NCBI GenBank assembly: GCA_963665665.1
Contig: OY762428.1
Location: forward strand, 4,000,001 to 4,064,000
Length of the DNA: 64,000 bases
Direction: 5' to 3'
From: Candidatus Kapaibacterium sp.
GTDB taxonomy: Bacteria > Bacteroidota > Ignavibacteria > Kapaibacteriales > UBA2268
Position 1 is the stretch's first letter, and every line of letters begins with the position of its first letter. Positions 47,223 to 57,053 of this stretch are shown here, one piece after another. The position numbers and the translations under genes were made by a program. The notes under the pieces are model-generated. The model searched no databases. It was not told the DNA's origin and was given only the letters and a program-made list of their open reading frames with translations.

Positions 47223-50210
47223 TTATCTTGCTATTATCAATGTTGACGTTTTAACATCACGCCCGTAAAATAACCTGTAAACATACATTCCCTGCCTAAG
47301 ATCTGAAACATCGACGGTTAATGTATAATATCCTGCCTTCATGTACTGGTTCAGAACTGATTTTACATGATTGCCTGACAAATCGAAGATATCGACTTTT
47401 ACATCAGCGCTGCCGGGAATTCCCATATCGATAATAACTTGTTCGGTGGCCGGGTTAGGTTTGCCGTCCTGCAGAAGAACTGTTTCCGGAACTTTTGATG
47501 TTGTCATCCTTACTCCGATATCGCATTTTGTTTCCGAGGTTCTTTCGAATGGCAGGCCGAAACCTTCTAAGGGTACAATTTTAGTAAGGCAATTGAACAC
47601 AATGCTTAGCGAATCGCGATACATTTCCTGATTTGAATTCAGAGGCTTAAAGCATACATTCAGTAACTCAAAGTCTCCGGGTTGAATTTCAATAGGAAGC
47701 TCTGCCTGTGGAACTGAGAAAAATATGTTTTCTGCCATCCTGGCGTCTTCGAAAACTATCGGGAAGCTTCCATAATTTTCTATTTTTAATTCATAGCAGT
47801 ACCTCCCGCCGATTTCCTGACCCTCGTAATCAACAATGCTGATTGAAGTGTAGGCATCTTCCTGTAGTTCCGGGAAAACGATAGTGTATCCGGGGATTGC
47901 ATGATCAATAACAGTTTCGTGTCCGACTGAATCAGTAACTATTATACTTACAAATGCATCCTGGTATGGATCTTCTACTTCAACCTTCATGTGGGATTCA
48001 AATATCCCGAATTCAAAATCAAATATTGCGCAATTTGTTGTATCAGTTACCTCAATTTTTTCAATACCGAAATCAAGCCTTGTGGAATCCGTTATAGTAA
48101 GCTCCACGTAGCGGTTGCAAGGATCCTGGTTCATGCTGAACTCGGGATCGTTCTCATCGTCCTGCGCAAAAATATTTATAGTAATTAAGCTTTCATCACA
48201 ATCGGATATTAATTTTAATATATCCGAATATTCTCCTCCGTCCAAAGGCGTGATGCATATTTTAATTTCTTCTGATTGCCCGGGTTCAATATCCAGGGGC
48301 ATAGGAGTATCAATTGTGAAATCATCGCCACCCTGTACAAAATCGCTTTGATTGATTATTTGAGTGAATTTGCCGTGATTCTTTATTGTAAGATAAAAAC
48401 AGAATTGATTTCGTACCCGGCATATATCATTGTATTCCATTCCGCTGCCGTTGTCTTCGGTGTTTGTAAACGATAATGTATAACCGGGAATTTCGTAGTT
48501 TTCAGTTGTTTCATGGGTAGCAGAATCGGTTGCAACTATTGTAAAACTGCCGTCCATATTGCGGTTAACTAACGAGGCTTTGAAATTGACAATTTTATCA
48601 CCCGAGGTGAATCCGTTAAAGTCAACATTCACATTATTAGTATTAGTTGCTTCTACTTTATCAATGTAGGAATCATTAAGAGAAGTATCGGCGATTATTC
48701 CTTCAAACTCGAAACAATCTTCCTTGTGAGTTATATCAGGTGGAAGAAAATCGAAATATTTAACGCTTACTCCTCCGAAATAGCCGTAAGAATTAGCTTC
48801 TCCATAACCGTAAATATACAGGCCAAATTGGGAGGGCGATTCAATAGTATGCACTCCCTGACTGACATCAATATGTATATATGCCCATCCGGTATTTCCG
48901 ATATTATATGATTTTTCGCCGGTTATTGGTTTGTTGTCGAGCCTGATTGTTGGTATGGCAGAAATCTTGCTAATCACTGTAATGTAATGTTCGGAATAAA
49001 CCGGGTAGTAGTTTTTGAATGTAGTATCGTATTCATGTGATTGAATATTGATGAATCTGTAAAAAATATCAAAATTTTCAGTTTGGGGGATATACATCAT
49101 AAATGGATCACTAACCTTTGTGGTGTTTCCACTACCTTTGGAGGATTTTTTGTATTGGCAGACCATAATTGGTTTATTACTTTTTACCGAGTGGGCTCTT
49201 GTAAGATTTCCCTCGTGAAATTCACCTTTGTCAAGACTGGTAATAAAAATATCATCAATTTTTATTTCTGTTCCGTCAAAAGCGGCAAGAATCCTGTAAA
49301 GGTCATTTTCCTCGCTCGATTGATTACTACCAGACTTAAATGGAAATAGGAATACATTGTTGCCCCATGATTCAACAGGCATCATTTGTTCCATAAGGCA
49401 ATCTCTTGAACCACCACTCCATGAATCCTTTACTGGTACGGATGCCCGGGTATGTCCGGAAAAAACTGCCACGGGCTTTGATGTTTCAACGTAAGAGCCA
49501 GTCAGATCAAGCTGTGCAGAAGAATATTCATTTCTATATGCTTCCACAAGATAACTTTCTCCCTGGTTAAGAGTAAATTCCTGAACTTTTGAAGATGCTT
49601 TTTTATGTGTAGGTGCTTTTGGCTCAATTCGTACATGTGTTCCGTCTTCGGTGGCAACAATTGCAAATTGGGAAGGAGTCATTGATGAAAGACTAGAATA
49701 AGGTCTGGAATTATTATACGACATCACCATATACTTTTTTCCAAGTGCGTCAGTTGGCATAACGTTGAATGCGTCACTTGACATCTGTGCCTGATTATGA
49801 GCGTAAATTGTCACGTCACTTTCGGAAGTGATATGAAACGACTGCTTTATTGGGATTTCACTGTCACCTAAATTGTGTACAGAACCTTTAATTTCATAGT
49901 CCCACCAGCTAACCCTGAACATATACAGCTCGTCGGGGTTTGTTATAGTGAAATTTTCTTCATGCCTTTGTTCGCTTTTATCCCAGTATTCTATTGTGCC
50001 GCTTGTTGGCTCTGTAGCACCAATAAAAATATACAGGGAATCCCCGAACTTTAATCTGGGCTTGTTCGAATCATAGTTATTATGATAATTCGGAAGATAT
50101 GTTACCCAGAAATCTGTTCCACGGGTATCGGGATCCTTATCTGCTGAAATAAGTGGGTGAGAAAAAGTAAAAAGAACTATTAGCAGCAGCAGTATTTTAT
50201 TTATTTTCAT
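47223..50210 (-). CDS. IgGFc-binding domain protein with Ig-like domains and T9SS sorting domain
   Basis: DTRGTDFW, DLTGSYVETSKPVAVFSGH, LMEQMMP; C-terminal PNPA...LRQGMYVYRL. Confidence 0.88.
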   Translation of the reverse strand: MKINKILLLLIVLFTFSHPLISADKDPDTRGTDFWVTYLPNYHNNYDSNKPRLKFGDSLYIFIGATEPTSGTIEYWDKSEQRHEENFTITNPDELYMFRVSWWDYEIKGSVHNLGDSEIPIKQSFHITSESDVTIYAHNQAQMSSDAFNVMPTDALGKKYMVMSYNNSRPYSSLSSMTPSQFAIVATEDGTHVRIEPKAPTHKKASSKVQEFTLNQGESYLVEAYRNEYSSAQLDLTGSYVETSKPVAVFSGHTRASVPVKDSWSGGSRDCLMEQMMPVESWGNNVFLFPFKSGSNQSSEENDLYRILAAFDGTEIKIDDIFITSLDKGEFHEGNLTRAHSVKSNKPIMVCQYKKSSKGSGNTTKVSDPFMMYIPQTENFDIFYRFINIQSHEYDTTFKNYYPVYSEHYITVISKISAIPTIRLDNKPITGEKSYNIGNTGWAYIHIDVSQGVHTIESPSQFGLYIYGYGEANSYGYFGGVSVKYFDFLPPDITHKEDCFEFEGIIADTSLNDSYIDKVEATNTNNVNVDFNGFTSGDKIVNFKASLVNRNMDGSFTIVATDSATHETTENYEIPGYTLSFTNTEDNGSGMEYNDICRVRNQFCFYLTIKNHGKFTQIINQSDFVQGGDDFTIDTPMPLDIEPGQSEEIKICITPLDGGEYSDILKLISDCDESLITINIFAQDDENDPEFSMNQDPCNRYVELTITDSTRLDFGIEKIEVTDTTNCAIFDFEFGIFESHMKVEVEDPYQDAFVSIIVTDSVGHETVIDHAIPGYTIVFPELQEDAYTSISIVDYEGQEIGGRYCYELKIENYGSFPIVFEDARMAENIFFSVPQAELPIEIQPGDFELLNVCFKPLNSNQEMYRDSLSIVFNCLTKIVPLEGFGLPFERTSETKCDIGVRMTTSKVPETVLLQDGKPNPATEQVIIDMGIPGSADVKVDIFDLSGNHVKSVLNQYMKAGYYTLTVDVSDLRQGMYVYRLFYGRDVKTSTLIIAR

Positions 50211-50402
50211 GATATTTCCTTCAAGTGCCAATTGATAATATTACTAAAGACAAACCGGACATCATCTTATTTTACAAGCGTCTAATTAACTAACAAATCA
50301 ACCCCGGCTTTGGTTACATTTCTTTTTCAGATAAATGCTCTTTCGAAAAATTTTCATAATTTGCAATTCTTTTGTTAATGAATTATAAAGAATAACGAAA
50401 TA

Positions 50403-50990
50403 ATGCGAAAATTGTCTCATTCGGAAATTCTGGAAGAACGCCTGACCCCTGAAGAAGCTATTCTGGCTGACAGGAATCCGGTTTCAGTAATTATCCACAA
50501 CGTCCGTAGTTTGTATAATGTAGGGTCAATTTTCAGGACCTGTGATTCCGCAAAGGCTGCCGGGTTGATCATGAGTGGCTACACCCCTCATCCCCCGCGT
50601 AAGGAAATCGAGAAGACTGCCCTTGGCGCTGTTGATTCTGTACCATGGCAATACGAGAAAGATATTTTTACTGCCATTGAATCCCGAAAAGCCCTTGGGG
50701 AGAAAGTTTTTGCCGTTGAACTTACCGACAAAAAACGTCCCTATGATTCACTTCTTCCTGATGAATACCCGGTATGCCTGGTTCTGGGCAATGAACTAAC
50801 CGGCCTGGAAGATGACGTTATCGACGCTTGTGATGATGCCATTGAAATTCCCATGCACGGCGTGAAACATTCCCTGAATGTATCGGTAGCAGCCGGAATC
50901 AGTATTTTTGAAGCCGTCAGGCTTTTTCTTAAGTTTTCAAAAAATCCCGCAACACAGTCTCCGTTTGATAATATTACACCTGAAAAGTAA
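50403..50990 (+). CDS. TrmH/SpoU family RNA methyltransferase
   Basis: HNVRSLYNVGSIFRT, LGNELTG, IPMHGVKHSLNVSVAAG. Confidence 0.93.
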   Translation: MRKLSHSEILEERLTPEEAILADRNPVSVIIHNVRSLYNVGSIFRTCDSAKAAGLIMSGYTPHPPRKEIEKTALGAVDSVPWQYEKDIFTAIESRKALGEKVFAVELTDKKRPYDSLLPDEYPVCLVLGNELTGLEDDVIDACDDAIEIPMHGVKHSLNVSVAAGISIFEAVRLFLKFSKNPATQSPFDNITPEK

Positions 50991-51018
50991 AATCGTTAAC
51001 AATAATTGGAAAAAATGT

Positions 51019-51825
51019 ATGAATTTGAAGATAGCCGTACCCGACAATAAGATATTTAAGCCTTTATATATGAATAGCGAATCAGTTTCAAAACAGTTCA
51101 ATGTTACTCTGCTGCCAATGCCGGAAAACCAGGTGACTGAAATGATGCTGAACAATCGTGTGGACATTGCTCTGATTACTCCCGAGGGGTATGGAAGGGG
51201 ATTAGCTAAAGCCGATTTCAGAATTATTCCGGGTCCCGCGCTTGCCACAACCGGCTACACTGCACTGGCCTCTATGTATTTCAGGCGTAATCTGGATGTT
51301 ATAAGCAGTTGTTCGTCTCCGGCCCCTGATGATTTTCTTATCAGGATCGGGCACAAACTGATGGCTGAAAATTTTGCGTATCACGGGGAATTAAAAAAGG
51401 ACAGCGGAAAGTCAGCCGATTTACTAAAAAATTCCGAATCTGCTATTGTATATGGCAGTCATGATTTTGAAGAAGTAGCCATTGATATCAGCGAAGAGTG
51501 GTTCCTGACTTATGAAATGCCTCTTCCATTGGCATTTTGGGTTTGTCGGAATGAGGAAATTCCGGATGATCCGCGCCCGGTTGTTGAAAAACTTGCTTCA
51601 GCGGAACTTATAGATGAAGAAGATGTTGTTGAATACAACGGGGATGATGATTCCGGTATAAGGCGGGGTATTTTGCATTGGAAATGGACAGATGAAATGA
51701 AGCTGGCACTCGACCAGACTCTGCAGTTCCTTTTCTTCAGGCAGATGCTGACAGCCATACCTGCCGTAAAGGTTTACGGTGAAAAAGCTCCCGGAGAAGA
51801 GGAAGAAGGCGAAGAAAAGAAATAA
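51019..51825 (+). CDS. MqnA/MqnD-like (futalosine pathway) protein
   Basis: KPLY, VDIALI, DISEEWFLTYEMPLPLAFWVCR resemble MqnA. Confidence 0.65.
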   Translation: MNLKIAVPDNKIFKPLYMNSESVSKQFNVTLLPMPENQVTEMMLNNRVDIALITPEGYGRGLAKADFRIIPGPALATTGYTALASMYFRRNLDVISSCSSPAPDDFLIRIGHKLMAENFAYHGELKKDSGKSADLLKNSESAIVYGSHDFEEVAIDISEEWFLTYEMPLPLAFWVCRNEEIPDDPRPVVEKLASAELIDEEDVVEYNGDDDSGIRRGILHWKWTDEMKLALDQTLQFLFFRQMLTAIPAVKVYGEKAPGEEEEGEEKK

Positions 51826-51950
51826 GCCGGGTTAAATCTTTGATATAAAAATAGTTTGATAATATGAAACAGGAATCTGATGCATGACTGGAGACTGTTA
51901 TTATTTCCCATTCCCGGCCATACCGGGGATGATTTAAGTTGCATTACAAA

Positions 51951-52427
51951 TTATTTCTTACTAATGGTTTTTATTTCTGATTCAGTATTTTTTACAAGTG
52001 TTTCTGGTTGTTTGATCGGTATTGCAAAATCATTAACGATATTATCTCCATCTTTTCTTTTTGGAAATATCGATTTAAGAATAATGATAAACATACCAAT
52101 AATATTCGCGGTAGTTGCACCTATTAGCGATAATATTATTTGGTCGCTAAGATCAAACCCCCATAGTTTAAATCCATCAAATAGTAAAATTAATACAATT
52201 GAAGCAACCCAGCCGATCAATAACCAAGCCACATAATTAACTGACTTTTTTCGTAAAGAAATTTCGTTTGTTAAATATTCGATAAATTTTGCAGCTCTTT
52301 CTGATTCCAAATCAAATTTTCCGGGTTGATAATCCGGATTCGAAATTATTTGTACACTGACCTTTGACTTAGTATCAGAACTACTCTTTTGGGAAGAATG
52401 AAACTGTAATGGGGGTAAATCAATCAT
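51951..52427 (-). CDS. Two-TM membrane protein, candidate toxin partner of the Panacea protein
   Basis: Two hydrophobic helices; start overlaps the upstream stop (ATGA). Confidence 0.7.
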   Translation of the reverse strand: MIDLPPLQFHSSQKSSSDTKSKVSVQIISNPDYQPGKFDLESERAAKFIEYLTNEISLRKKSVNYVAWLLIGWVASIVLILLFDGFKLWGFDLSDQIILSLIGATTANIIGMFIIILKSIFPKRKDGDNIVNDFAIPIKQPETLVKNTESEIKTISKK

Positions 52428-52957
52428 CTTAATTCATTAGAAGCTAATATATTGTAAAAATGCTCATGTATTAATTCATTAGGTATAACTGCATTAGGAA
52501 TATTTCTTCCTCCTAATTCATTCCAAACAATATCCCAAGGTCCACCTTTTTCATGAGACAAGTTTGTTAAATCTTTTCCAGAATAATTTTTGTAATTATG
52601 CCATACTGATTCTAATATCTCTAAGGTTTCATTGTCGTGAGCGTAAACTACTGGTTCAACAAAATTCTGGCCGTTAAAATTAATAATTTTCGATCTTATC
52701 GATTTTTTGTAATTGTCATTCCGCAGCTTGTAATATAAAGATTGTAAAACAGGTCCGAACTCCCATGCAACAAACTTTTCATCAATTAACGGCCTGTCTT
52801 TATATCCGTAATACCAACAATGTGCTAAATATACCAGTTTTAATAACTTTGTTAAAGGTAATTCTATGTTGTCCTCCAGAGCCTTATCAATAAAATAATT
52901 GGCTATAGCTTCGGGAGAGTAGAATTCTTTTCTAATTGGTATTGGATACTCATACAT
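52424..52957 (-). CDS. Panacea (DUF4065/GepA/SocA) antitoxin domain protein
   Basis: IANYFI, KLLKLVYLAH, AWEFGPV, LTNLSHEKGGPW; AAGGAG RBS. Confidence 0.92.
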   Translation of the reverse strand: MYEYPIPIRKEFYSPEAIANYFIDKALEDNIELPLTKLLKLVYLAHCWYYGYKDRPLIDEKFVAWEFGPVLQSLYYKLRNDNYKKSIRSKIINFNGQNFVEPVVYAHDNETLEILESVWHNYKNYSGKDLTNLSHEKGGPWDIVWNELGGRNIPNAVIPNELIHEHFYNILASNELR

Positions 52958-53284
52958 CGTTTTACTCCTTTATTGTTGATAACATTATATCAACTAAGCC
53001 AAATATAATAGTTTTACACATATTTAACTAACAATAAAAACGAAAATACATCAATTTTATGGCATTTTATAGCAAATTATTTAAATTATTTTGTTAATTG
53101 GTCAATAGTGTGCAAATAATTAATAGATTATTAAATAGAATTATTTAAGTATTTCTCCTCATTACTTTACTTTCAAAACTTCGGCAAATATACTACTTCT
53201 TCTATGTGCTGGTCATAAAGCGAAAAAAGGACAATTCTATTAGAAAAATTCCCGAATCCGGCATAAATCGGCACTAGGTACATA

Positions 53285-53314
53285 ACAAAGAAGCCTTCCA
53301 AATCTGGAAGGCTT
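53285..53314 (-). terminator. Hairpin terminator after tRNA-Pro
   Basis: aagccttcca/tggaaggctt stem. Confidence 0.7.
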
Positions 53315-53316
53315 TG

Positions 53317-53390
53317 TCGGGGTGAGAGGATTTGAACCTCCGACCTCTTCGTCCCGAACGAAGCGCGCTGCCGGGCTGCGCTACACCCCG
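53317..53390 (-). tRNA. tRNA-Pro(CGG)
   Basis: Reverse complement CGGGGTG...CTTCG-TTCGGGA-CGAAG...GGAGG-TTCAAAT-CCTCT-CACCCCG-A. Confidence 0.95.
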
Positions 53391-53576
53391 TGGGTTTTAT
53401 CCCGTTTTCAAGAGATTCAAAAATACGGACTTTTATGTTTACAGCCAAAAATTATTTTCAATTATGATAAAGAATTTCTCAATAATAGTAAATGACAATA
53501 TAAATTGCCTGTAATTGTCAATTAAAACACTTATTTTTGGTCTTGTTTGATTTTGAAAAATTGTATCTGTATTATT

Positions 53577-55757
53577 ATGAATAGTTATTCTCTTGCAATT
53601 TCAATATCATGGGCAGTGGCGATCTTATTATTTATCGCGGCAGCTGCGCTTACTTTTTACACCTATCGCATAACTGTGCCACCTGTTTCTGGCAGGAAAA
53701 AGGCATTGCTTATGAGCCTTCGGGCCATAGCGTTGTTCCTTCTTCTGTTTATTGTTTACGAACCGATAATGACAATAATATCGGGAAGCGAAAAAGCGCC
53801 CGAAATTGTGGTTATGCTGGATAATTCCTTATCGGCAGGCATGAAGGACGGTACAGGCGAGCGAACGGCTGATTATAAAAAAGCACTGGATAATTCAGGC
53901 CTTGATAAGTTAGATAACGATCAGGTTAGTGTAATTAAATTTAGCGAAGGAACAGAGGAAATTTTTTCTCCTTCTTTCGACAGCCTGGATTTCAGCGGGC
54001 AGAGCACAAATATTTCCAGGGCTATCCGCAAGGTTACTAAATCTGCTGCCGGGAAAAATCTCCGGGCTGCTTTGCTGGTTACGGACGGAGCTTTCAATGA
54101 GGGTACGAACCCGGTATATGATGCCGGTATGCTTGGCAGGCCGGTTTATGTATTTGGTATTGGAGATACGGTCAGCCCGAAGGATGCCTCAGTGAAATCA
54201 ATCCTGACAAATGAAACCGCGTATATTGATAATCCTGTTCCGGTAAACGTTGATGTTGAAATTAACGGATATAGTGATGGTGAACTTCTTCTTGAACTTT
54301 TTGACGGGAATAAAAAAATTTCAGAGCAGCAGATATTTGTATCCGAAGGAAAAACAAATTACCCCGCTATGTTTGAATACATACCGGATACCGAGGGCTA
54401 TAGAAAGCTGACAGCAAAACTTGGAACCCTTGAAAACGAATTGACAGAAAAAAATAATTCTGCTTCCGTATTTATTAACGTGCTGAAAAACAAAAGAAAG
54501 ATTGCAATTTTTGCCGGAGCGCCAAGCCCCGACCTCTCGTTTATCAAGAATGAATTAAAAAATGAAAAGGGCGTGAAATTTACTGAATTTATTCAGAAAA
54601 AAGGCCCTGAATATTATAATGATGCTCCTAATCCTTCGCTGCTGAATGATGCCGAGTTCATTGTTTTTATCGGATACCCGATAGCATCCACAAGGCCGCA
54701 GGATATTGAAATGATAGCACGACAGCTTGAAGCAGGCAAGCCTCTGCTATTTATAGCTGCACAAAATACCGACTACAATAAATTGAAAAAACTTGAAGAA
54801 TACCTGCCATTCAGAACGGTTTCTTCTAATATCAGGGAATTTATGGCAATTCCTGAAATCAGCGACAGAATGATCTCTCATCCGGTACTCAGAATAAATG
54901 GCACCGACGATGACAAAGACGTCTGGAACCAATTACCACCGCTTTTCCGAACTGAAACATTCGTTACAGTGAAGCCCGAAAGCCGGATTGTGGCAGGATT
55001 CAAGGTGAATAATGTTGCTATGAAAGATCCCCTGATAGTATCTCGTGATTTTAATGATAAAAAGTCATTGGCAGTTCTTGGCTACGGTTTGTACAGGTGG
55101 AAGCTTCTTGCTGCCGGAGCCGACCGGAGCAGGGGCCAAACCGGAAAGCCGGACTTATTCAGAATATTCGTACAAAATTCATTGCGTTGGTTGTCTGTTA
55201 GCAACAGAAATAAAAAAGTAATAATTAAAAGTGTGAAAAGCAATTACACCGAAAGCGAGAAAATAGAATTCAGCGCTCAGGTTTACGACGACTCGTACAA
55301 CCCGGTTGATAATGCTAAAATCAGCGTGAGTATTTTGGGAGAAGGCGAAAAACGCGATATCAGCCTTAGTTCCTATGGCAATGGAAGATACTCGGGCAGC
55401 GCCGAAGGATTTGCTTCAGGAGATTACGCATTTTCCGGCAGCGCCGAACTTGAAGGCCGGAAACTCGGATCCGACCGCGGACGTTTCAGTGTTGGCGAAC
55501 TTAACCTGGAATACCGCGATATGACTATGAATATCAACCTGCTCAGGAATATTGCAAATGAAAGCGGCGGTAAATTTTACCTGCCTGACGAAACTGATAA
55601 ATTTATTAATGACCTTTTAAACGACCGGAATTTCCAGGCCAGGCCGATTACGCTCAGAAGCGAAACCGCCCTGTGGGATATTCCATGGCTGCTTGCCGGG
55701 GCAATTCTGTGCTTCGGAATTGAATGGCTCGTCCGGAAAAGGTCTGGTATGTTGTAA
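53577..55757 (+). CDS. vWA-domain membrane protein
   Basis: N-terminal TMs, MIDAS-like DNSLS, STNIS, LVTDG, C-terminal TM ending EWLVRKRSGML. Confidence 0.85.
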   Translation: MNSYSLAISISWAVAILLFIAAAALTFYTYRITVPPVSGRKKALLMSLRAIALFLLLFIVYEPIMTIISGSEKAPEIVVMLDNSLSAGMKDGTGERTADYKKALDNSGLDKLDNDQVSVIKFSEGTEEIFSPSFDSLDFSGQSTNISRAIRKVTKSAAGKNLRAALLVTDGAFNEGTNPVYDAGMLGRPVYVFGIGDTVSPKDASVKSILTNETAYIDNPVPVNVDVEINGYSDGELLLELFDGNKKISEQQIFVSEGKTNYPAMFEYIPDTEGYRKLTAKLGTLENELTEKNNSASVFINVLKNKRKIAIFAGAPSPDLSFIKNELKNEKGVKFTEFIQKKGPEYYNDAPNPSLLNDAEFIVFIGYPIASTRPQDIEMIARQLEAGKPLLFIAAQNTDYNKLKKLEEYLPFRTVSSNIREFMAIPEISDRMISHPVLRINGTDDDKDVWNQLPPLFRTETFVTVKPESRIVAGFKVNNVAMKDPLIVSRDFNDKKSLAVLGYGLYRWKLLAAGADRSRGQTGKPDLFRIFVQNSLRWLSVSNRNKKVIIKSVKSNYTESEKIEFSAQVYDDSYNPVDNAKISVSILGEGEKRDISLSSYGNGRYSGSAEGFASGDYAFSGSAELEGRKLGSDRGRFSVGELNLEYRDMTMNINLLRNIANESGGKFYLPDETDKFINDLLNDRNFQARPITLRSETALWDIPWLLAGAILCFGIEWLVRKRSGML

Positions 55758-55780
55758 TGTATATTTAATTAGGAAATGAA

Positions 55781-56164
55781 ATGAACTTATGTTTTCCAAT
55801 TAGTAAAGACGAAGGGCTTGAAAGCCGCGTTTTCGGGCATTTCGGTTCTGCGCCGGGATTCATTGTTTGCAACTCTGAAACCCTTGAATACAAAATAATC
55901 AATAGTCCGCATGAAGAACATCAGCACGGGCAGTGCAATCCTGTTGGCAGGCTTGCAGGCCACGATATTGACGTTCTTTTTGTTGGCGGAATAGGCGGCG
56001 GTGCGCTAATGAAACTCAACGCTGCCGGCATCAGGGTTTGCCATGCTGCCGACGCTACTATCGGGGAAAATGTAGAATACTTCAAACAGAACAGGCTCCC
56101 GGAGTTTTCGATGAACAACACCTGCGGCGGCCATGGCCATAACGGCGGTGGTTGCGGACATTAA
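55781..56164 (+). CDS. NifB/NifX (dinitrogenase FeMo-co-binding) family protein
   Basis: GHFGSAPGF, GGIGGGA, His/Cys-rich tail. Confidence 0.9.
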   Translation: MNLCFPISKDEGLESRVFGHFGSAPGFIVCNSETLEYKIINSPHEEHQHGQCNPVGRLAGHDIDVLFVGGIGGGALMKLNAAGIRVCHAADATIGENVEYFKQNRLPEFSMNNTCGGHGHNGGGCGH

Positions 56165-56192
56165 TTGTCGGGGCTGAAATTTTAAATCTTCT

Positions 56193-56230
56193 AAGTTTCC
56201 GCAGGTTGTTTACCTGTGGAAACTTTCTTT
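56193..56230 (+). terminator. Rho-independent terminator
   Basis: aagtttccgcaggt/acctgtggaaactt stem. Confidence 0.75.
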
Positions 56231-56491
56231 ATTTCTGAATAACCTGCTGTATAGGAATTATAATTCTATTTTATGCAGGAAACTATCATTGATCTGTTTT
56301 ATACCCTGATCTTATGGCCTTAACAAATACTTTTGAACCCGGGATCCATTATTATTTTTAAAACAAATTCCATTATTTCTATCCATCATAGCGTTGGTTG
56401 GTGTCATCAAAGTCATATTTTTTGATAAAGATTTCGCAATTATTATCCAAAAAAAGATAAAATTACTAATACCTGTATTTTTAATAATAAT

Positions 56492-56761
56492 CCGAGCATT
56501 TCCCCGAGCCTGCCGAGTGTTCCCCCGTGCCTGCCGAGCGTTCCCTCGAGCCTGCCGAGCATTTCCCCGTGCCTGCCGAGTGTTTCCCCGTGCCTGCCGA
56601 GCGTTCCCCCGAGCCTGCCGAGCATTCCCCCGAGCCTGCCGAGCATTCCCCCGAGCCTGCCGAGCATTCCCCCGAGCCTGCCGAGTGTTCCCCCGTGCCT
56701 GCCGAGTGTTCCCCCGTACCTGCCGAGTGTTCCCCCGTGCCTGCCGAGCGTTCCCCCGTGC
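56492..56761. repeat. 21-bp GC-rich tandem repeat, ~13 copies
   Basis: Consensus ccgagYRttYccccgWgcctg, no spacers. Confidence 0.95.
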
Positions 56762-57053
56762 TTTCGGATTAATCTTTCAGGATAAAATTTCACTCATTCA
56801 GGAGGCAGAATGTGTCAATTGATATTTATAAAGTATTATCTGGAACAGGGTATGTAAAAAAAATGCCGGAATTTCGATCTGGATGTATTTGGTTTTAAAA
56901 GATAAGCTTAGATTTTTCAGATACAATAATTGTATTTCAATAGTAAGTAAAAGAAATCCGGGATAAACGATTTTTAACGTGGATCCCGGACTTAATGGAA
57001 CTTACAGATTTGCCGGCAATTTGCTAAACTTTATCAATGATTTCAAAAAGTAC

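Noticed and set aside
51826-53316. att-bounded island at tRNA-Pro
   Set aside because: No duplicated tRNA 3' end and no integrase seen.
53173-53514. Track ORFs 53173..53448 and 53332..53514
   Set aside because: They overlap tRNA-Pro and are spurious.
56492-56761. CRISPR array
   Set aside because: Units are contiguous with no unique spacers, and there are no cas genes.
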